64,000 nucleotides of DNA from Eledone cirrhosa (lineage: Eukaryota). The stretch's first letter is position 1. Each line of letters starts with the position of its first letter. Shown piece after piece: positions 54,945 through 64,000 of the stretch. The position numbers and the translations under genes were made by a program. The stretch covers positions 202,740,001 to 202,804,000 of the forward strand of contig OZ024741.1 in NCBI GenBank assembly GCA_964016885.1, in the 5' to 3' direction. Below the pieces are notes generated by a model. The model ran no database searches. It was not told where the DNA came from and saw only the letters and a list, made by a program, of their open reading frames with translations.

Positions 54945-55764
54945 TTATATATTTATATATATATACACACACGCACACACACACACATATATATATATAC
55001 TGCACGCACACACACACATATGTGAGATGGATGGGTGTGTGTGGGTGTCTTCAGGTACCTTGAATAAAAAAATTAAACGATATTTCTATAAATCGTATTA
55101 ATGTGCTTCGAATAAAGATGCTTGACAATGAGTCCGAGGTTCTCTGACCTCTCAGTTCAAATCCCGCCGAGGTCAATGTTACTTTTCATCCTTTTGAAGT
55201 GGATAAGTAACCTACTATTTCTGTACTGAGTTCGATTATTTCTCTCTCTTTCTCACTTTCTCTTTCGTTCTCTATTTCTCTATCTGTCTCTATCACTATC
55301 TGTGGAAGAAATCAGTTCTGTTTGCACTTTGAGAGAAATGTTCAAGACACGCCGTTTGTCACGAGGGCGTCCCTACGACTCCAAAAGAGTTAAGGGTCTA
55401 TGGATGATATGAATGTGAAAGGAAGCTGTAAGACGTATGCTGTTGCTGATGTGGGAATATTCGTCAGTTCGAATGATGAAAGTTTCAGTTGTTCGATCAA
55501 CAGAACAGTCTGCTCATGAAATTAACGCAGGTGTAGTTGAGTATTCCACAGGTACGCAATTCACTGAGATATTCAGCATGTCACAGTGTATGACAAGGCC
55601 GATCATTTGAATTACAGGTACTGCCCATTTTGTACTTTCGTGCAAGTGACTGAGCATTTTCCAGACATGTATATACCTGAAGGAAATTCTTATGGAGATT
55701 TATCATGACACAGCATGCAACAAGTTTCACCCTTCGAATTATAGGCCTAAAGTCGAAATTGTGT

Positions 55765-56015
55765 CTTAAACCGGAAAGCTCATTTGTCCGGTGCTTATCC
55801 CGGTTTCATGGCGTGAAGCGACTGGGAATACAAGACTCTTCGCTGGACAGGACGCCAGTCCATCGCAGGGTTTAGCCCCCCTCCAGCTATTGATGGTACT
55901 CATTTTCAGCTGAGTATACTGGAGCAACGTGAAATGAAGTGTTTTGCTCAAGAACACAACACGCAACCCAAGAATCGAACCTACGACACCCTTACCACTA
56001 GGCCACGTGCCTCCA
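55765..56015 (-). mobile_element. CORE-type tRNA SINE
   Basis: Minus strand GTGGCCTAGTGGTAAGG, GGTTCGATTCT, GTGTTCTTGAGCAAAACACTT, CCTGCGATGGACTGGCGTCCTGTCCAG. Confidence 0.75.
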
Positions 56016-56621
56016 CCAAATTATAGGTACAGACCATCTATTGCAAGTGACTGAGCATTACACATTGCAATAGGAAGATTCAACATGACATAATATGTGA
56101 TAAATCCGGAGATTTGAATTTCAGGTACAACTCAATAATTGTTTCTACTTTTGACACAAGACCAGTAAATACCCAGTGTATTACTGGTACTTTATTTTAT
56201 CGACCCCGTATGAATGGATTGGAAAATCATGAAATGAAATGTCAAGGACATAAAGCGCCACATGGAATCGATCTCAAGACTTTAAAATGGTGAGCCAAGC
56301 ACCTTAACCACAAAGCCACGCACCTTTACATATGTCTATCTGAGTTGATGAAGAAACGCCAGGTGATGTTTAATTGAGGCAAAGTTTAGTTTTCTGTAAT
56401 GTTTTTCGTTTGTTTTTGTATTTAATGAACCTCTTCATATTCTTTATTGTAATTTATGTATCTTGGCAATACAATCTGGATGTATTGACATCAGATATCT
56501 ATCTATCTATCGCCCTGCCTCTGTCTTTCTGTCTCTGTATGTGTGTCTGCTTGTTTGTCCCTCGGTATGTTTGTTTGTCTCCATATTTGACTGTCTATCT
56601 GCCTGCCCGTTTGCCTCTCTC

Positions 56622-56676
<55 letters not shown>

Positions 56677-57261
56677 CTCTGTCTCTCTGTTTGTCTGTCT
56701 GTCTATCTGTTTATCTATCTAGCTCTGTATGTGTTTATCACGAAGGCACCTGATTTAGAGTTTAGGTGTTCGGCTCACGGTCGTAAAGTAACGAGTTCGA
56801 TTCACGGTGATGCGTTGTCTCCCTGAGCAAGACAGTTCATTTCCCATTGTTCCAATTCACTCAGCAATAAAAAAAATTAGTTGTACCTTTAATTCAAAAG
56901 GCCAACCTTGTCACACACTGTGTCACGCTGAATATTCATGAGAATTATATTTGGGGTACACGTGCTTGTGGAATGCTCAGCTTCTTACATGTTAATTTAA
57001 CGAGCCGATTGTCTCGTTGTTTGAACAACTGAAAGACTCGTCGTCGGAGCCGACGGAGGTCCAACATTAACTTTTGTGTATTTGTCTGCTTTTTTATTTG
57101 TCTGACTGTGCGTCTCTTCATCAACCTATCAATTTTAGCTTAAGTTAATTAATTTGCATAAGATATACTTCATTAAACATTTACATTCAAAATTTCAATC
57201 TCACATAATTATTTCTACCCAAATAGACAGTTTCGCATATAATCATATATGTTTCCAAATA

Positions 57262-57372
<111 letters not shown>

Positions 57373-58077
57373 GGATAGCTAAACAGACAGCCAGGTTGGC
57401 AGCAGACCCACACGCACACATACACACATACAAATATATATATATATATATTTCTTACTCACATACATACATACATATATATGTAAATAAAATACAAATA
57501 TTATTTTAGATATTTCAAATCAACAGGAAATAATTTCAAGACGTTCTGTTGATGTCTGTTGATGTTGAGGTTTTAATTTCTTTAAAACTTCCGGTAAAAT
57601 GAGTGGAATCATAGCTTAGTTCTATTTCTGAAAACTTTGGAACAGATTCTATGAAAATACGCCTTGAAATGACTCACAGTACTGGTTCCTTCATCACAAA
57701 TACCAAGAGTTAAACACGTATATATTCCGGATATATCTGTAGAAACACGATTATAATTTACCAAACAATTAACTTTATCTTAAAAACGAAATATTAAAAA
57801 CAAATATTTATATCTAAAGTTTCCTCTCCAATGGTCAATACACACATACACACACCTACATACCTATCTACCTACTATATTTTTTTATAAAAAAAGACAA
57901 AAACAAAAGAAAAAAAGAGATGTCCTACACGGGTGAAAGTATAAGGAAAAGAAATTGAAAATGCAACTGGAATCTTTTAAGAATATTTATTTATTTTACC
58001 GCATTCACAGCCTGTCAAAAGTAAAATTGAGATGGAGGGTTTGTGTTTCTGTTGTGGTTTGTCTCGCATATACAGTG

Positions 58078-58114
<37 letters not shown>

Positions 58115-58271
58115 GACAAATAATACAAACCTTCAACCTGGAAAACACAACCACCCAAATCACCAACACAAAAACAACATAACACAAAATCACAATACAA
58201 CCCTAGCACTAAACCACCCACAAAGCAGCATTCATTCTCTCGCTAACATTAATTACAATAAGAGTAGCTCA

Positions 58272-58748
58272 ATGATTAATGAGAATTATGTAGGTACCCC
58301 CAACAACCATCTTACGTATGGTTGTAATTGCAGAAATAGAAACGTTTGCCCCTTAAATGGCAACTGTTTGATTAATAATGTAATTTATAAATGCACTGTG
58401 TCTACTACTGACTCCAACAAATCATATATAGGATCTACATCAAACACATTTAAGAAAAGATATTACGCACACCCCAGTAGCTTTAACAATACTAAACTAG
58501 CTAACACCACATCTTTAGCTGAAGCTGTAAATAACTATAATAAGAAAAAAATAGATTTCAAGCTATCGTGGGATACCATTCTGCAAAGAACTCCATATCT
58601 TGGAAACAGGAGAGAATGCAGATTATGTTCCGGAGAGATCTTGGAAATTATTAAATCTAAGGACGATTCATTGAATAAAAGACAGGAACTGATTATAGCT
58701 TGTAATCACCGTATACGAAAAACATTTAAGTACTATAAACCTAATTAA
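58272..58748 (+). pseudogene. 5'-truncated PLE: GIY-YIG endonuclease of a second lineage (resembles the Hydra clade)
   Basis: CNCRNRNVCPLNGNCLINNVIYKCTV...YIGST..TFKKRYYAH...W...CRLC..E...LNKRQELIIACNHR; no RT, (TA)n upstream at 58081-58110. Confidence 0.85.
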
Positions 58749-59058
58749 ATATTCTAAATAGCAACTCACTATAATTCTATGTAACGTACTATTTGTTAGT
58801 ATCCCCTTCCCTTAATTATACGCATTCCTGCTTATTTTTTAACCTTTTAATTTTTTAGCTTTCATAGATTCATGCGTTACTGACTAAGGGCAACGAGGTA
58901 CATAACCACCTGTAATTGCATGGGTATATATGTATCTATGAATGTATGATATGAGAATATATATATATGTGTATATATGTATATGTGTGTATATGTGTAT
59001 GTGTGTGTATATGTGTATGTACATGTATGTGTGTACATATATATATATGTATGTATAA

Positions 59059-59097
<39 letters not shown>

Positions 59098-60243
59098 TAT
59101 ATATATATATAGGTATATATATATATATATATGTTTGTGTGCGCGTATGTGTGTGTATGTATATGTTTATATCTATGTATGCGTATGTATGTTTTTAATG
59201 GAGTATCAATATAATTATACCTCTATCTAGACATGTGAATATATGTACTTTTGTGATCTATGAAAATTATGCGTTTTGACTATATGTCAACATGCATTTA
59301 TCTGAGTTTGATTACTTATACATAGACACACTTGAAAATATTTACTATTTTATATTTTATGATACATCATACGCTATATTGTACTATATACAATGTACCA
59401 TACCGTACTATATTATATTACATTATATTATATTATTATAAGGGCGGTGGATTGGCAGTATCGTAAGAGGGTCGGACGCCATACTTTGACGCATTGAGTT
59501 ACGGCCCTTGCCATTCTGAGTTCAAATCCCGCCGAGGTTAACTTTGCCTTTCATCCTTACGGGGTCGATAAAATAAAGTACCAGTAATACACTGGGTAAT
59601 TGCTGGCCTTGTGCCAAAAGTAGAAACAATTATATTATATTTTATTATCTTATTATAATTTTCATCTTTTAATATACTATCCTTCCTAGTTATGACCATT
59701 ACTTTACCTACCTATATTTATCCTGATTATCTCTGTATATTTTATATTTACTTATTTATATTCACCCAAAATTTCCATACAACACAACTGAACATTTAAT
59801 TTTTACATTCTTTTTTAAACTTAACTCCACCATCTACATTCCACTATCAATATAACAATCCCTTTTTCCTCATAGGTTCTTTATAGTAATCCTATTTTTA
59901 GCACCATTCCTTTCAAAGGGTCATGACCTCAACTAAAGTGAGTTATTTTTCATCTTAACATCATATGGGAAAAAAAAACAATTCGATTGGTTTGTTCTTC
60001 AGCTTCCTCCAAATAAGGTCATAGAACTCAATTTACTATTGATTTTGAATAAAATTCTCACTGCTTTTGACAACCGCTGATGATATACATGTAAGTAAAT
60101 ATATTCCTTATCTGATATTTTGTAACTAACCCTACATAGATCGATAACGAAATATGCGTACGATGTATTATTATCACCTAGAAACGATCGTAAAGCAGTG
60201 AAGTATATTTCTAATGACTTGAATTTTTATTTCATTGTTTTAA

Positions 60244-60298
<55 letters not shown>

Positions 60299-60786
60299 GT
60301 AGGTTATTATGTGAGTAACTTCTGGTTACTAGCGACGACGCTGGTCGAAACACTCGATGCTGTTACGGGGTTCATCTCTCGCTGGGTTGTGCTCCAGGTA
60401 TAAGGCGGCTGTAGTTTGCAGAGTGTATATATAGAGAGTGACAATAAGGAGTCAGATTTGCAGCTCGTTATGAAACTTTGTTGCATAGTACAACTGTTTC
60501 CATATCGATCACCTTGGGTTTGATCGGGCGATCAGATCCCGACTTTTAATCGATACCTCTTCAGATATGCTAGTTTATATGGGTAATCCTATCCAAACTA
60601 TTTTTCCTTCTTTCTTCTCATTCTTTATCTTTCTATTTCATCTTGCATTTCTCATTCTATCTTCCGATGAAAGATTAGTGTCCGAAACATTAGAACTCTT
60701 TTCCAGCTATATCAAACGTTAAACTAATATATTTCTTCGTTGTACTGTATTATTTGCTTCGTTGTTTTCCCTATATATACATATAT

Positions 60787-60832
<46 letters not shown>

Positions 60833-60836
60833 GTGC

Positions 60837-60961
<125 letters not shown>

Positions 60962-61195
60962 AAAATAAGCATATCGGAAGCTGGAAAAAGTGAGCAACAG
61001 AGGTAGAAACTGGTCTTCTTCAGCTGTCCTTTAAGAAAGGTATGCTTGGAGGAAAGAAATAATAACAGTCGTGAGAACATGGTCGTTGAATAGAAACATT
61101 ATAGAGGATGGAATTAGATGAAAAAGAAGGGAAGAAAAGATTGTGATCTGTAGAGTTGTGGGATCAAAAATGTATGGAAGTCGAGAGAGAGAAAG

Positions 61196-61271
<76 letters not shown>

Positions 61272-61403
61272 GCTGGAGTTTGAAGAGTTAGAATTGCATT
61301 CTGGGAAAGAAAGGAATGGAAATACGAGACAGGCAGTAAAGTGTACAATGGAAAAGAGAAAGAACGGTGTAGGAGACATGGATAGAGGGGAGAGAGAGAG
61401 AGA

Positions 61404-61499
<96 letters not shown>

Positions 61500-62364
61500 C
61501 AGAGAGACAAAGAGAGGGGGCAAGGAAGGATGAGGGAAAGAAACAGGAAAAAAAGAAAAAGGTGGAGAGAAAAGAGGTCGCCATGTTAGTGTAGGACAAA
61601 TTCTGTGTTCGTTAAAATTCGTAAATTAAGCAGAGCTGATGTGGCATGGGATTTTGACGCATGTAAATTGATATAGAAAGTAGGATTATATTAAGGTAAG
61701 ATCGCTACCTTCCAGCAGTAGAGCATCTCGCGATAGCATCGGTCTGGAACTGGAAATTTCGTCACTAAGACGCAGTTTTGAACAAGATTTTTATGGAAGA
61801 CCAGCAGTCACCCACGTGTGTAAACTTGCCCTCCCCACATCACTGATGTCAAAGGAAAAAGCAAAGGCCGAAACAGCTTAGCACCAGTGTCGTTGCGATT
61901 TATATGTATATAGTTTAATTTGGTGAAGGATATCCAAAAATTGAAATAGTACTCCGTCCGTGGGATGAGTTGCGTTATACAGATATTTATAACACTAATT
62001 ATGTTGTCATTTCAGGTACGCGTGTTTCATTGGGTACCTCTTTCTGATATTTCCGAAGCAGGCCCAAATGCATTAGTTTTTTGTTGGCACCATACCCTAT
62101 AAATACATTATATACACAATGATGGTGTCCAATGCAAGGGAAAGGGCCGATATAGCTTGACGCTTGTGACGTCTATGGCATTACCGTTAGAGAAGAAAGA
62201 GTCAGTATATATATATATATATATACAGTATATATATTATATATATATATATATGTATAAATATTTCGTATCTCCAAAGAAATACGGTTTTAGGAAGCCG
62301 TAGCTATGCAAACACCGAGGGGCTAACGCCCTCTGGTGATGTCCAGCAGAAGCAAGGGGGACAT

Positions 62365-62406
62365 CCGTCTATGCATTTCAGGCTTAACTGGCCTTCATCA
62401 GGACGG
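62365..62406 (-). ncRNA. Minimal type I hammerhead ribozyme
   Basis: CCGTC CTGATGA AGGC-CAGTTAA-GCCT GAAA TGCA TA GACGG. Confidence 0.8.
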
Positions 62407-62514
62407 TCCCTCCCACCGCTTGCGACTGCTGGACTAGAAGACAGGCAAGAATATATACTTTTCTCGTCGCCTGTCTTCTAGTCCAGCAGTCGCCATCGGT
62501 GGGGGGTGGGGGGG

Positions 62515-62558
62515 ACCATCCTGACGAAGGCCAGTTAAGCCTGAAATGCATAGACGGT
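62515..62558 (+). ncRNA. Minimal type I hammerhead ribozyme
   Basis: ACCATC CTGACGA AGGC-CAGTTAA-GCCT GAAA TGCA TA GACGGT (one stem I mismatch). Confidence 0.72.
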
Positions 62559-64000
62559 TGTCTCCCTTGCTTCTGCTGGACATCACCAGAGGGCGTTAGC
62601 CCCCCCCCCGGTGTTTGCATAGCTACGGCTTCCTAAAACCGTATTTCTTTGGAGATACGAAATATTTATACATATTGTATAAAGCTTTGCTTGAAGCGAA
62701 ATCCTATTTCTTTTTATATATATATATATATCACAAAGGTGTGTGGCGTAGTGGTTAAGGTGCTGAACTATATATATATATATAGTTGTATCGAGTGCTC
62801 AAACGGCCTACCGCATATATATATCTATGTATATACACCGACAAAGCGGAGCGTTGTGTTATGGTGCAAGACACATTATCTTCCGTTGCTTCAGTCTACC
62901 TAGTTAGCAAAAATCATTGTATCACACTGAATCTCCCTGAGAACTACGTTAAAGGTACATATATCTATTGAGTGCTCAGCCACTTACACATTAATTTTGC
63001 GAGAAGGTGGTTCCATTGTTCAAACACCTGGAGCACTCATCGTCGGAAACGATGGATGTTCAGCAACGACAACGACGATGACAACAACAGCAACAACAAC
63101 ACACACAGTTTTCATCCGTGGGAACTTTCCATACACCAGCTCACCTAGAGCATCTGTTTCAAGATTCGCTGATCATTCATTTATAAAGTTGCATCCCCCA
63201 ATGTAAACGGTGCATGTGTACCATTGTTGCCTCAATACTCAAAATGTCGGGTCCCTCAACATCTGCGTCTGGAGTCCTTGTGGGCTAGCTGACATTCAGA
63301 ATGTTTGAAATATATCTGATGAAAGGGTTCAAAAACTTTTGTCTGATCTTTATAGAAGACCTATGTTTTACATGAGTAAAGAAGGGAGGCCAGTACTCGT
63401 AAAGGGCGCAGTAATTTTCATTTACACATACATACATGATGGCTGCTCCCTCGTTATCGAGTATGGCCATTGCACGATATGCCATTATTAATAATTATCA
63501 ATTAATTCTATCATGCAATGCCTGTGCGTGAAAATATTTTTTAAAGTGAGGAAAGACTGTGCACTGAGCCAATCCCACTCTCCGAGCGACAGTAGCTATA
63601 ACCCGAAAAGAAGAAAAGATCAACATCATCGGTAACTACTGAGCCACAGGTTTTATATTGGAGTTATCCCAGTTTCTGAGTTGCCTTCTCCTAGAAGAAT
63701 GCCCTGAGAAAGGCTAGGGGCCCTTCACTCCCAGTGATTTAACTGCGCGATCGGGTGTCCAGCTCGACTATTTCTATGTCCCCGCGCATATACATACACA
63801 CGCACCCATGTATATACACATATACATACATATGTACATGTGTATATACATATTTACACACTTTTGGATGACCGTTGACTCTTAAGAGTTCTTCCGCCCT
63901 TTGTCAGGTTTTGTTTTTGTTGGGTCACTCTTGAGTGCTACTGGTAACATGTAACCCAGTACAACCTGTCGCATGATTGGGTCGTCGGCGACTAAACCGG

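Larger units (their letters stand above)
62251..62675. repeat. Inverted repeat (~200-bp arms) carrying divergent hammerheads
   Basis: Arms complementary with several substitutions; centre near 62455. Confidence 0.9.

Noticed and set aside
59443-59535. tRNA genes
   Set aside because: A/B boxes belong to SINE heads; no cloverleaf, and they continue into a shared SINE body

Overview
AT-rich animal genomic DNA packed with microsatellites. The SINE types and (TA)n/(CA)n/(GA)n/(CATA)n density suggest a cephalopod, but that is inference. No intact host gene is visible. The main elements are: (1) a young, full-length Penelope-like retroelement (3153-7847, minus strand) with apparently identical 565-bp pseudo-LTRs, inserted in (TA)n; its ~1210-codon RT/GIY-YIG frame is broken only by a -1 shift at an A_AAA_AAC heptamer and one in-frame TAG, and it carries a ~160-aa Asn-rich insert; (2) about a dozen intact or near-intact type I hammerhead ribozyme motifs plus degenerate ones, in non-autonomous PLE-type repeats, including a tandem retrozyme-like pair and several palindromes that fold back at the ribozyme; (3) a degenerate, probably full-length R4/Dong-type RLE retrotransposon inserted in (CATA)n; (4) an internally deleted mariner with ~105-bp TIRs; (5) RTE, Ingi-like and CR1/Jockey-like LINE fragments, a second PLE endonuclease fragment, Helitron-like repeats, tRNA-SINEs and minisatellites; (6) a ~1.2-kb inverted duplication bracketing the PLE; (7) weak signs of a decayed multi-exon gene on the minus strand. 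Most listed ORFs are microsatellite artefacts. All alignments and RNA folds were done by eye.
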